Assembly (NCBI GenBank): GCA_016197305.1
Contig: JACPVZ010000043.1
Location: forward strand, 1-55,827
Direction of reading: 5' to 3'
DNA from: Nitrosomonadales bacterium
Lineage (GTDB): Bacteria; Pseudomonadota; Gammaproteobacteria; Burkholderiales; Gallionellaceae
Length of the DNA stretch: 55,827 nt
Shown here: one piece after another, positions 1 to 9,040 of the stretch
How the letters are laid out: each line of letters starts with the position of its first letter
How positions within the stretch are numbered: position 1 is the stretch's first letter
The notes under the pieces: model-generated
Databases searched by the model: none
Seen by the model: the letters and a program-made list of their open reading frames with translations, nothing else
Told to the model about the DNA's origin: nothing
Translations under genes and position numbers: made by a program

Positions 1-159
1 GTCAGTCGCGCATTCTGAACCCGTCGTGCGCATTTCAGGACGCGGCCTCGTGCCGCGTTTTGCGTTAGTGCGTTTTATTTCCCCCGGGCGTTTTATTTCA
101 CGGGGTACGCTGCTTTGTGCTTAAATCGCGCCCTGATACACACGCACCGCAAAATCCCC

Positions 160-891
160 ATGGAAAAAGTCAGACTCTCCAAGCGCATGTCCGAGCTCGG
201 CCTGTGCTCACGCCGCGAAGCGGACGGCTATATCGAAAAGGGCTGGGTGGAGGTCGATGGCGAGGTCGTCAGCGAGCTGGGCAGCAAGGTCTTCCCCAAC
301 CAGAAGATCACGCTGCGCACTGCGGCACAGAACACCCAGCAGCAGCGCGTGACCATCCTGCTCAACAAGCCGATCGGCTATGTGTCCGGACAGGCCGAAC
401 ACAATTACAAGCCCGCGATCACCCTGCTGGACGAGTCTACCCATTGGGCTGAAGATGAATCGCCGCTGCGTTTCCACCGCAGCCAGCTGCTGGGGCTGGC
501 TCCGGCGGGACGCCTGGATATCGATTCGCAGGGCTTGCTGGTGCTCACCCAGGATGGCCGCATCGCGAAACGCCTGATCGGCGAGGACTCGACTGTCGAC
601 AAGGAATATCTGGTGCGCGTGCAGGGCAAGCTGGATGACAGCGGCCTGGCCCTGCTGAACCAGGGCTTGAAGCTGGACGGCGAATATCTCAAGCCCGCCA
701 AGGTGAGCTGGCAGAACGAGGATCAGCTGCGTTTCTTGTTGCGCGAAGGCAAGAAGCGTCAGATACGCCGGATGTGCGAACTGGTCGGATTGAAGGTGAC
801 CGGCCTGAAACGGATACGCATCGGCAAGGTCAAGCTCGGCAAGTTACCGTTAGGCCAGTGGCGTTATCTGGGCGAGCACGAACAGTTCTGA
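160..891 (+). CDS. rRNA pseudouridine synthase (RsuA/RluB/E/F family, RluF-like)
   Basis: N-terminal S4-like segment (RLSKRMSELGLCSRREAD), LLNKPIGYVS, catalytic GRLD motif, EGKKRQIRRM; ATG at 160 preferred over the track's GTG at 115. Confidence 0.9.
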   Translation: MEKVRLSKRMSELGLCSRREADGYIEKGWVEVDGEVVSELGSKVFPNQKITLRTAAQNTQQQRVTILLNKPIGYVSGQAEHNYKPAITLLDESTHWAEDESPLRFHRSQLLGLAPAGRLDIDSQGLLVLTQDGRIAKRLIGEDSTVDKEYLVRVQGKLDDSGLALLNQGLKLDGEYLKPAKVSWQNEDQLRFLLREGKKRQIRRMCELVGLKVTGLKRIRIGKVKLGKLPLGQWRYLGEHEQF

Positions 892-916
892 TCGCCAGGC
901 AAGCAGGACGGGGCTG

Positions 917-1759
917 TCAGGACTGCTCGGCGACGTCGTCAGTACGCTCGACCAGCATCGAATACAGTCTGCGACTGTCCGCGCGCAGCACGGTGAACTT
1001 CAATGCGCCGACCTGCAGCTGGTCGCCGCGCTTGGGCAATTGCCCGGCCGTCTTCAACACCAATCCGCCCACCGTGGAATACTCCTCATCGCTGAATTCG
1101 GTGCCGAGCGCCTGGTTGAAATCGTCTATCCCGGTATCCGCCTTGATGCGATAACGCCCTTCGCCATCGGAGATGATATTGTCCTCATCTTCATCGAAGT
1201 CGTATTCGTCTTCGATGTCGCCGACGATCTGCTCCAGCACGTCCTCGATCGTGACCATGCCGGACACACCGCCGTACTCATCCACCACCAGCGCGATGTG
1301 GTTGCGATTGCTGCGGAAATCGCGCAACAGCACATTGAGCCGCTTTGCCTCCGGCACGAACACCGCCGGCCGCAACATGTCGCGCACGTCCATCTCTTCG
1401 CCGGCAAAATAACGCAACAGGTCTTTGGCCAGCAGGATGCCGATGATGTTGTCCTTGTCGCCGTCGATCACCGGGAAACGCGAGTGCGCCGTCTGGATGA
1501 CATAGGGGATGAATTTTTCGACCGATTCGCTGATGTCGATCACATCCATTTGCGCGCGCGGGATCATGATCTCGCGCACCTTGCGCTCCGAGACCTGCAA
1601 CACCCCTTCCATCATCGCCAGCGCATCGGCATCCAGCAGATTTCGCTCGTACGCGGAATGCAGCAGCTCTATCAGCTGGTCGCGGTCTTCCGGTTCGCGC
1701 ATCAGGAATGCGGAAAGCCGCTCGAGCAAACTGGGTTTAATACTTTCGGGGTCGTCCAT
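917..1759 (-). CDS. corC: CBS-pair/CorC_HlyC Mg/Co transport-associated protein
   Basis: HSRFPV and VVDEYGGVSGMVTIEDVLEQIVGDIEDEYD motifs; canonical miaB-phoH-ybeY-corC order. Confidence 0.93.
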   Translation of the reverse strand: MDDPESIKPSLLERLSAFLMREPEDRDQLIELLHSAYERNLLDADALAMMEGVLQVSERKVREIMIPRAQMDVIDISESVEKFIPYVIQTAHSRFPVIDGDKDNIIGILLAKDLLRYFAGEEMDVRDMLRPAVFVPEAKRLNVLLRDFRSNRNHIALVVDEYGGVSGMVTIEDVLEQIVGDIEDEYDFDEDEDNIISDGEGRYRIKADTGIDDFNQALGTEFSDEEYSTVGGLVLKTAGQLPKRGDQLQVGALKFTVLRADSRRLYSMLVERTDDVAEQS

Positions 1760-2249
1760 TTTTCTTGCTTGGGGTCGAATAAGGGTTGGGACGGCGCAAT
1801 TTTAACATCAGCGCGACTTCCAATGCTTCCATCTGCTCTGCATCGCGATCGTTTTCGTGATCGTAGCCCTGCAAATGCAAGGCGGCGTGTATCACCATGT
1901 GCGCGTAATGATCGGACAAAGCCTTGCCCTGCTCCATGGCCTCGCGCTCCACAACTGGCGCGCAGATGATGATATCTCCATACAGCGCACCGGCATCGCC
2001 GGATATCAGCCCGGCGTCGTCGTAGATGAAGGTCAGCACATTGGTCGCGTAATCCTTGCCGCGGTAATTCCTGTTCAGCTCGCGCCCCTCGGCCTCATCA
2101 ACAAAGCGCAGCGTCATGCCTGCATCGCACTGCAAGGCGGCCTGAACCCAGCGTCGCAACTGCGGGCGCGACGGCAGACGCTGCGCCGCACTGGCATATT
2201 GCACGCTCAGCGACAATTCATGCCGCTCTGTTTTTTTCATATCGCTCAT
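1737..2249 (-). CDS. ybeY: rRNA maturation endoribonuclease YbeY
   Basis: LNRNYRGKDYATNVLTF and H-x3-H-x5-H zinc motif (HAALHLQGYDH). Confidence 0.93.
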   Translation of the reverse strand: MSDMKKTERHELSLSVQYASAAQRLPSRPQLRRWVQAALQCDAGMTLRFVDEAEGRELNRNYRGKDYATNVLTFIYDDAGLISGDAGALYGDIIICAPVVEREAMEQGKALSDHYAHMVIHAALHLQGYDHENDRDAEQMEALEVALMLKLRRPNPYSTPSKKNGRPRKY

Positions 2250-3183
2250 AGGCCGTCACTATCTTCTGCACCAGCGGGTGGCGCACCACGTCTTCCGCGA
2301 GGAATTCGCTGAACGCGATGCCGCGCACATCCTGCAACACCGTGCGCGCCTCGACCAAACCGCTCTTCTGCCCGCGCGCCAGATCGATCTGGGTCACGTC
2401 GCCGGTGATCACGGCCTTGCTGCCGAAGCCGATCCGGGTCAGGAACATCTTCATCTGTTCCGGCGTGGTGTTCTGCGCCTCGTCGAGTATCACGAAGGAA
2501 TGGTTCAGCGTGCGCCCCCGCATATAGGCCAGCGGCGCGATCTCTATCATGCCGCGCTCGAATGCACGGCTGACTTTCTCCAGCCCCATCAGGTCGTACA
2601 GCGCGTCATATAACGGCCGCAGATAGGGATCGACTTTCTGCGCCAGATCGCCGGGCAGGAAACCGAGCTTCTCTCCGGCCTCGACCGCGGGGCGCACCAG
2701 CACCAGCCGGCGCACGGCTTCACGCTGCAGCGCATCCACCGCACAAGCCACCGCCAGATAGGTCTTGCCGGTGCCTGCCGGACCGATGCCGAACGTGATG
2801 TCGTGTTCCTGTATCGCCTGCAGATAGCTGTTCTGGCGCGGCGTGCGGCCGCGTATCTCGGCCTTGCGCGTCATCAGCAACGGCACCGAGTCGCTGCCGG
2901 GCTGCGGCTCGGTGCGCCACTTCATCGCCTCGATCAGCCCCAGCTGCAGGCGCTCCAGGGAGATATCGTGTTTCGCTTCGACATAGAAATCCTGCAACAC
3001 TTGCCGGGCAAGTTGCGCCTGCTCGCCCTCCACGGTGAAATGCTCGCCGCGCCGCGCAATGCTGACCTCCAGCGCAGTCTCGATCTGGCGCAGGTTCTCG
3101 TCGAATGGCCCGCACAACCGCGCCAGCCGCTGGTTATCCAAGGGCTCAAGGGCAAATTGCAAGGTGTCCGCCTGAGCGCTCAA
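2218..3183 (-). CDS. phoH: PhoH-family ATPase (YbeZ)
   Basis: Walker [41 protein letters not shown]. Confidence 0.95.
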   Translation of the reverse strand: MSAQADTLQFALEPLDNQRLARLCGPFDENLRQIETALEVSIARRGEHFTVEGEQAQLARQVLQDFYVEAKHDISLERLQLGLIEAMKWRTEPQPGSDSVPLLMTRKAEIRGRTPRQNSYLQAIQEHDITFGIGPAGTGKTYLAVACAVDALQREAVRRLVLVRPAVEAGEKLGFLPGDLAQKVDPYLRPLYDALYDLMGLEKVSRAFERGMIEIAPLAYMRGRTLNHSFVILDEAQNTTPEQMKMFLTRIGFGSKAVITGDVTQIDLARGQKSGLVEARTVLQDVRGIAFSEFLAEDVVRHPLVQKIVTAYERYEKNRAA

Positions 3184-4514
3184 GCCGCACCCGCAATCAA
3201 TTCGCCGCGCAAGGTATGGCGAACCACCCGGGTGATCTTCACCTCGGCGAACCGCCCTATCAGCCCTGCCGAGCCGGGGAAATTCACTACGCGATTGTTG
3301 TCGGTGCGCCCGGCCAGCTCATGCGCATCCTTCTTGGACACGTCCTCGATCAACACCCGCTGCACGGTGCCCAGCATCGCCTGCGCGACAGCCTCTTCCT
3401 GGGCGTTGATGCGATCCTGCAACATCTTCAAACGCGCCGCCTTGACCTCGTGCGGCGTGTCGTCGCGCAACTCCGCAGCCGGCGTGCCCGGACGCGGGCT
3501 GTACAGATAGCTGAAACTGACATCGAAGCCGATCTCGTCGATCAATTTCATCGTCGCCGCGAAATCCTGCTCTGTCTCCCCGGGAAAACCGACGATGAAA
3601 TCCGAGGTGATGCAGATGTCGGGACGCGCGGCGCGCACCCTGCGTATGATCGATTTGTATTCCAGCACGGTGTGGCCGCGCTTCATCGCCGCCAATATCC
3701 GGTCCGACCCGGACTGCACCGGCAGATGCAGATGGCTGACCAGCTTGGGGGTGCTCGCGTACACATCGATCAAGCGCTGCGTCATCTCCTTGGGATGCGA
3801 GGTGGTAAAACGCAACCGTTCCACCCCGTCGAGCGCGGCGACCGCCTGCAACAGATAGGCGAAATCCACCGCATCGCCATCCTCGCTGTCGCCGCGATAG
3901 GCATTCACGTTCTGCCCGAGCAGCGTGATCTCCTTGACGCCTTGCGCCACCAGCTCGCGCACATCGCGCAGCACATCGTCCAAGGGGCGCGACACCTCTT
4001 CACCGCGCGTATAGGGCACCACGCAGAAAGTGCAGTACTTGCTGCAGCCCTCCATGATGGAGACAAAGGCCGAGCCGGAACTGGTTTGCGGATTGGGCAA
4101 ATGATCGAATTTTTCGATTTCGGGGAAACCGATATCGACCTGCGCACTGCCGCTGTCCTTGCGCGCCTGGATCAACTGCGGCAAACGGTGCAAGGTCTGC
4201 GGCCCGAACACCACATCCACATAGGGCGCACGCCTGACGATCGTTTCGCCTTCCTGGCTCGCGACGCATCCGCCCACGCCGATGATCAGGTCGGGATTGG
4301 CCAGCTTCAGCGGACGCACCCGCCCGAGATCCGAGAACACCTTTTCCTCGGCCTTCTCGCGTATCGAACAGGTATTGAACAGGATGACATCGGCCTCTTC
4401 CGGACTGTCTGTCTGCACCATGCCCTCACGAGCGCCCAACAGGTCAGCCATCTTGCCCGAGTCATACTCATTCATCTGGCAGCCGTAAGTTTTGATATAG
4501 AGTTTTTTCGACAC
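3180..4514 (-). CDS. miaB: tRNA-2-methylthio-N6-dimethylallyladenosine synthase
   Basis: [12 protein letters not shown]-terminus, NTCSIREKA, radical SAM CxxxCxxC (CSKYCTFC), C-terminal TRAM domain. Confidence 0.97.
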   Translation of the reverse strand: MSKKLYIKTYGCQMNEYDSGKMADLLGAREGMVQTDSPEEADVILFNTCSIREKAEEKVFSDLGRVRPLKLANPDLIIGVGGCVASQEGETIVRRAPYVDVVFGPQTLHRLPQLIQARKDSGSAQVDIGFPEIEKFDHLPNPQTSSGSAFVSIMEGCSKYCTFCVVPYTRGEEVSRPLDDVLRDVRELVAQGVKEITLLGQNVNAYRGDSEDGDAVDFAYLLQAVAALDGVERLRFTTSHPKEMTQRLIDVYASTPKLVSHLHLPVQSGSDRILAAMKRGHTVLEYKSIIRRVRAARPDICITSDFIVGFPGETEQDFAATMKLIDEIGFDVSFSYLYSPRPGTPAAELRDDTPHEVKAARLKMLQDRINAQEEAVAQAMLGTVQRVLIEDVSKKDAHELAGRTDNNRVVNFPGSAGLIGRFAEVKITRVVRHTLRGELIAGAA

Positions 4515-4709
4515 GTTGCAATGATACCTAATTTGAACAGCCTGCTAATCTACCTTGAATCGCACACCAGAAACCAGCACAACTTCAGCGCCGGGAAAAT
4601 TTCCTATCCCGTATTTTATTTACGTGTATTCCCGACAAAATCACTTATATAATAAGTCCCACTTTAGTCAACTATCGGCTGACCAAAGCAACCAAAGGGA
4701 GAAAACAGC

Positions 4710-4805
4710 ATGGCTATTATCGCAACCGTAGCAGCAGTATTTACCGCATCACTCGCAGTCGGTTTTTCCATCTGGATGGTGATCCAGCTTTTCAAAAGCA
4801 ACTAA
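4710..4805 (+). CDS. Small hydrophobic membrane peptide, copy 1 (31 aa, MAIIATVAAVFTASLAVGFSIWMVIQLFKSN)
   Basis: Hand-translated ATG4710..TAA4805; purine-rich RBS AAAGGGAGAAAA upstream; TATAAT at 4648-4653; 17/31 identical to the copy at 4999. Confidence 0.75.
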   Translation: MAIIATVAAVFTASLAVGFSIWMVIQLFKSN

Positions 4806-4998
4806 ACGCTCAACCTAGGCTGGTTCTTTAGCCCCCTGACGTTTTTTTACTTCCTGCCTTTTCTAGGCTTTGTCTGCGTTTAAAAGCGCCGGGCGTATTT
4901 ACCTAGGGAAATTGTTTGCTGTAAAAAAAAATTGTGCTAGGATTCGCCCCATCAGTTTCTAGTAGTTGTGTTCAATCTAGTTCTCTTGGGAGGGAAAA

Positions 4999-5094
4999 AT
5001 GGCAATTATCGCAACGATTTGTTCCGTGGGTACCGCATTGGCAGCGCTTCTGTTTTCCTTGTGGCTGGTAAAAGAACTGTTTACAAGCCGCTAA
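4999..5094 (+). CDS. Small hydrophobic membrane peptide, copy 2 (31 aa, MAIIATICSVGTALAALLFSLWLVKELFTSR)
   Basis: Hand-translated ATG4999..TAA5094; GGGAGGGAAAA RBS; TTGCTG-N16-TAGGAT promoter-like boxes at 4916-4943; same length as copy 1, ungapped alignment. Confidence 0.75.
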   Translation: MAIIATICSVGTALAALLFSLWLVKELFTSR

Positions 5095-5112
5095 ACAAAA
5101 CAAGCGCCAAAC

Positions 5113-5139
5113 AAAAAACCAGCCTAGGCTGGTTTTTTT
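5113..5139. terminator. Bidirectional intrinsic terminator between small ORF 2 and tRNA-Met
   Basis: AAAAAACCAGCCTAGGCTGGTTTTTTT: hairpin flanked by A-run and T-run. Confidence 0.8.
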
Positions 5140-5142
5140 ATT

Positions 5143-5219
5143 TGGTGGTGATAGGTGGATTTGAACCACCGACCTCAGCGTTATGAGTGCTGCGCTCTAA
5201 CCACCTGAGCTATATCACC
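5143..5219 (-). tRNA. tRNA-Met (CAT), elongator type
   Basis: Reverse complement GGTGATATAGCTCAGGTGGTTAGAGCGCAGCACTCATAACGCTGAGGTCGGTGGTTCAAATCCACCTATCACCACCA; 77 nt, CAT anticodon, paired 1:72, encoded CCA. Confidence 0.92.
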
Positions 5220-5258
5220 GCAAAGAGCGCGGCATTCTCCAGATTTAGCCCATCCTTG

Positions 5259-5999
5259 TCAACCACCCTGTTTCGTTCCGGTGCATGGGATGTTGTTGAT
5301 CACGCTGCCGGCAAAATCCTTCTGCAATGCGGCAAGCTTGCTGGCGACCGCATTGTCCACTCCCTGCAACACAAAGATCGTCGCCTTGAGCTTGCTGGCG
5401 CGCTCGCCTATCTGTGCGCTGCGCACATCCTTGGCACGCAACGCATCCACAAATTTTTGCGCCGCCTCCTGGGTCTTGAATACCCCGAGCGAAATGGCGT
5501 TCAGCCACGGCCCCGCATCCGGCACCACGAAAAATTCCTCGACCCCCCTAGCCTTGAGCTGCGCCAATTTCTGGCTGATTGCGGCCTTGTCCTTGAGCGG
5601 CGGAATATAGACCCAGTAACCGATGTTGTGTTCTATCTGGCGCTGGCCCAGCTTGTTGCCCAGCTGCATCGCCGAGAGTGCGGTCGTGGCGCGGGTCAGG
5701 TCGTTTCCGGAAAAATCACCCCACTCCAGACACACCAGATTATTCGCCTTGGGTTCGGCAGCATTCGATTTTACCGTCGGGGGCGCGGCTTCCGCGATCG
5801 TAGCCGTGGCCTGTGGCGCAGACCCCGGCACAGCCCGATCGGGCGAGCCTGACGCAGGGTTCAACAGGCGGATTTTTTCTTCATTCAAAGCCGCCTGCGC
5901 CACAGGCTGCGGCCCCTCGGTGAGGGGAAACCCGCCCCAACGCATCACTGCGAAGAAGGTCACATTGACCAGCAGAACTATCCAGAACAAGGCTTTCAT
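5259..5999 (-). CDS. SPOR-domain protein
   Basis: N-terminal TM anchor, Pro/Ala linker, CLEWG, YWVYIPP and NAISLGVF motifs; usual position after coaX in betaproteobacteria. Confidence 0.8.
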   Translation of the reverse strand: MKALFWIVLLVNVTFFAVMRWGGFPLTEGPQPVAQAALNEEKIRLLNPASGSPDRAVPGSAPQATATIAEAAPPTVKSNAAEPKANNLVCLEWGDFSGNDLTRATTALSAMQLGNKLGQRQIEHNIGYWVYIPPLKDKAAISQKLAQLKARGVEEFFVVPDAGPWLNAISLGVFKTQEAAQKFVDALRAKDVRSAQIGERASKLKATIFVLQGVDNAVASKLAALQKDFAGSVINNIPCTGTKQGG

Positions 6000-6721
6000 C
6001 ACGTTTTTGTTTCCTGTGCGATTAACCACACCCCCTGCAACACCAAGTTATCTGTCACGCGCAACGGCAGCTTCAGATGCGGCCGCAACAATCCTGCCGC
6101 GCCGCCGCTGAGCAATACCGGTGCCGCATCATCACCAAGCAAGGCATACTGCCGCTCTATCGCCCCGCAGCTGGCCTGTATCGACCCGCTGAATATCGCC
6201 GCAGCGGTATCCTGCGGAAACGGCTGATAACCGCCTTGGGCCATGCTCAGCTGCGCGGCCGCCTCGCTCAGGCTGCGCTGCATCAATTCCACCCCGGGCA
6301 AGATCAGGCCGCCGATAAATTCCCCCTGGCCCGACAACGCATCGACGGTCGTTGCCGTACCGCAATTTACCACCAGACAAGCGCCCCGCACCAGATGCCA
6401 GGCCGCAAGCAGCGCAGCCCAGCGATCGCAGCCCAATTGTTCGGGCTGAGTATAACCATTGCTCACGCCGCATTGCACCGAGCGTGCCGTGATGAACCGC
6501 GGCTTCCAGCAGCGGGCCTCGCAGCCTGCTCGAATGTGCTGCGCGACCGCTTCGCCTGCCACGTTGCACACCCAAACCTCCTGTATTTCGGGCAAGCCGG
6601 CAAAGTATTGCGGCAATTCGTCGGCCTGCCGCGATGGCAACTCATCCACGGCCGGCCACACATCGCCCGACACCCGTGCCAATTTGATACGCGTATTGCC
6701 TGCATCGATCAACAGCATCAT
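5999..6721 (-). CDS. coaX: Type III pantothenate kinase
   Basis: LLIDAGNTRIK, LGCDRW, GTATTVD, GGLILPG; ATG overlaps birA stop. Confidence 0.93.
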   Translation of the reverse strand: MMLLIDAGNTRIKLARVSGDVWPAVDELPSRQADELPQYFAGLPEIQEVWVCNVAGEAVAQHIRAGCEARCWKPRFITARSVQCGVSNGYTQPEQLGCDRWAALLAAWHLVRGACLVVNCGTATTVDALSGQGEFIGGLILPGVELMQRSLSEAAAQLSMAQGGYQPFPQDTAAAIFSGSIQASCGAIERQYALLGDDAAPVLLSGGAAGLLRPHLKLPLRVTDNLVLQGVWLIAQETKT

Positions 6722-7707
6722 CGCTGCAACGCCTCGATTTCCCCGGAGTTCACCAGCTGCATGCCCTGCTCCGTTTCCAGACGCAACTCGCCGCGGGCAG
6801 TCACCCCGCGCGCCACTCCTTGCACCATAGCACCGTCTCCGATGCGCACACGGACCGGTCGATTCTGGTACAGATGGTGGCGCTCCCATTCCTGCTGCAT
6901 CGCCGCAAATCCCTCCTGCTCAAACTCCTGCAACACGCCGGCCAACTCCTGCAGCAAACTCGCCAACAGCCGCGCCCGGCTCGGTGGCGACACGCACACA
7001 TCGGTTACGGCGCTGGCTGCCTGGTCGATCCTGTCTTGCATGCTCATCGGCAGAGCACAGTTCAAACCGATACCTATCACCACGGCGCTGGGGCCCAGCA
7101 TATCGCCCTGTGCCTCGATCAGCACTCCCGCCAGCTTCCCCTGTTCCGACAAGATGTCGTTCGGCCACTTCAGGTATACACCTTGCGCGCCCCATCTGCG
7201 CAAGGCACGTACCACAGCCACACCCACCGCCAGACTCAACCCCGACAGTTTATGTACCGCGCAATCAAAACGCCACAGCAATGAAAACGTCAAGGAACCG
7301 CCCAACCCGGAATGCCAGGTGCGCCCCATCCGCCCCCGTCCTGCAGTTTGCAGTTCGACCGCCAGCACACTCCCGCTTGGCGCGCCCAGCGCGGCCCTTT
7401 GCAGCAACAGGCTATTGCTGGATGCCGCCTGGGGCAATATCTCGATGGCGAATTTCGCGGCATCCCTGTCCAGACAGGCCAGCACTTCGCCTGCCTGCAG
7501 AGGCTGCCACGGCTGGGCGAGCCGGTATCCGCGGCCGCGGATGCGTTGCACCGGCACTCCACAATCAGCCATATTGCCGAGCGCATTGCACACGCTGGCA
7601 CGCGAAATTCCCAATTGGCTGGCCAGCATTTCGCCAGAATGGAATTCACCATCCGCCAAAAGATGCAGCAATTGCCAGATGCGTGGCCATGCAATGCCTG
7701 TCGTCAT
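6718..7707 (-). CDS. birA: Bifunctional biotin-protein ligase / repressor
   Basis: N-terminal HTH (FHSGEMLASQLGISRASV), QTAGRGRMGRTW, KWPND, KLAGVLIE. Confidence 0.95.
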   Translation of the reverse strand: MTTGIAWPRIWQLLHLLADGEFHSGEMLASQLGISRASVCNALGNMADCGVPVQRIRGRGYRLAQPWQPLQAGEVLACLDRDAAKFAIEILPQAASSNSLLLQRAALGAPSGSVLAVELQTAGRGRMGRTWHSGLGGSLTFSLLWRFDCAVHKLSGLSLAVGVAVVRALRRWGAQGVYLKWPNDILSEQGKLAGVLIEAQGDMLGPSAVVIGIGLNCALPMSMQDRIDQAASAVTDVCVSPPSRARLLASLLQELAGVLQEFEQEGFAAMQQEWERHHLYQNRPVRVRIGDGAMVQGVARGVTARGELRLETEQGMQLVNSGEIEALQR

Positions 7708-8790
7708 TGCGGCATTTCGTTTTCCGTGGATGGTGCAATCTCCATAAAACGCACGATCTCCTCACGTTTGTTCATGGCGTCCTGATAACCCAATTCAATC
7801 AGCGCACGGCAGTACTTTCCCTCGGACAGCAAATAGCTCACCAGCGTTGTCCCGCTGTGTTGCGCCACCCCTGCCACCCTGAACAACAAACGTATCGTCC
7901 AGGGCAATTCATCGATGAATCGTTCGGCAATTTTTTCGATGGGCTGGCTGGGCAGGATGGACAAAATATCGACATGCTGCAGTTTGACCTGTTCGCGCTG
8001 CTCCTCGGTCATCACGGCCACCATGCTGTTGATACGCTGCACGCGCTCCAGCGCCTTGCCGGGGTTGATCCGCCTTTGCCTCCGCGTTGACGCCGATCAA
8101 CAGTATGCGCGTCGCCCCCAGATGCAAAGCCGAACTGATCGGTGCGACCTGGCGTATCGACCCGTCCCCGAAATACTCGCGATTGATCCTGATCGCGGGG
8201 AAGAAAAACGGCAAGGCCGCGGATGCAAGCAGATGTCTGTTCTCGATACGTGTCGGCACCCCGACTCGCCGCGCACGCCGCCACGGAACGATCTCCTCGA
8301 CGCCCTGGTAAAATGCAACGGAATGCCCAGACCCATAGCCCGACGCATTGATGCTCAACGCATACAAAAAACCCGCATCGATGCTCTGCTGGATCATTTC
8401 GCAAGGCATGATCTCGTCCAGCAGATCGATCATCGGGGAGTTGTCCAGCAGCGAGATCTGCTTGAGCCTGTTTATTCCCAGCGCGCTTAACAGCAATCCG
8501 GCCAGCCATATCACCGCATTGTTGAATACCCCGACGACGTCGGTCCGGTAGACCTGCTCGGCACGAAAGTTCTTCCAGATGTTGTCCAGATAGCGCACGC
8601 CCTTGCGGAAGCTCTGCGCGTTGACTGCCAGCGTGGCGGCATTGAGCGCCCCCGCCGAACTGCCGCAAATGACCGGGAAAGGATTGTGAGCGCGCCGCGG
8701 CAAAAACTCGGCAATCGCCTTGAGCACCCCGACCTGATAGGCGGCGCGTGCGCCACCGCCGGTCAGGATCAAGCCTATGCGTTTTTCCAT
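7704..8790 (-). pseudogene. Patatin-like phospholipase, split by an apparent deletion/frameshift near 8052
   Basis: GGGARAAYQVG, GSSAG and DGS motifs in 8790..~8053; the C-terminal part (LERVQRINS..LVSYLLSE..LIELGYQDA) continues in another frame to 7704. Confidence 0.8.
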
Positions 8791-8797
8791 CCGGGGA

Positions 8798-9034
8798 TTA
8801 CCCTACTTCCGCATGCACCGATTCCAAGGCGTCTTTCAGCGTTTCCTCGGGCAGCGCATTCAGCGCTTCCGACAACATCTCCGCAGCCTCGACCACCGAT
8901 CCCGGCAGGGTGGCGGCGTCGGTATTGGCCACCAGCACCGCCGCCGCCCCTACCACTTTGAGCAGCCTTGCGCGTTCGCTCATCAGCATTTCGATTTCCT
9001 TGCTCAACAAGGCGACTTCCTGTTTGTTCATCAT
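8798..9034 (-). CDS. Small helical hypothetical protein
   Basis: 78 aa ORF with GGAG RBS filling the gap between maeB and the patatin gene, same strand. Confidence 0.75.
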   Translation of the reverse strand: MMNKQEVALLSKEIEMLMSERARLLKVVGAAAVLVANTDAATLPGSVVEAAEMLSEALNALPEETLKDALESVHAEVG

Positions 9035-9040
9035 ACTCTC

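Noticed and set aside
1970-2025. DAGLISG/DAGALYG near-duplication in YbeY
   Set aside because: In-frame insertion in a variable loop; metal-binding histidines are intact
4968-5186. Track ORFs 4968-5186 (+) and 4972-5169 (-)
   Set aside because: Both run through the terminator and tRNA; the 31-aa ORF in another frame has the RBS and a paralog
4520-5219. Integrated element or prophage at the tRNA-Met 3' end
   Set aside because: No integrase and no duplicated tRNA 3' end (att) seen; only the ~600-bp peptide cassette is present
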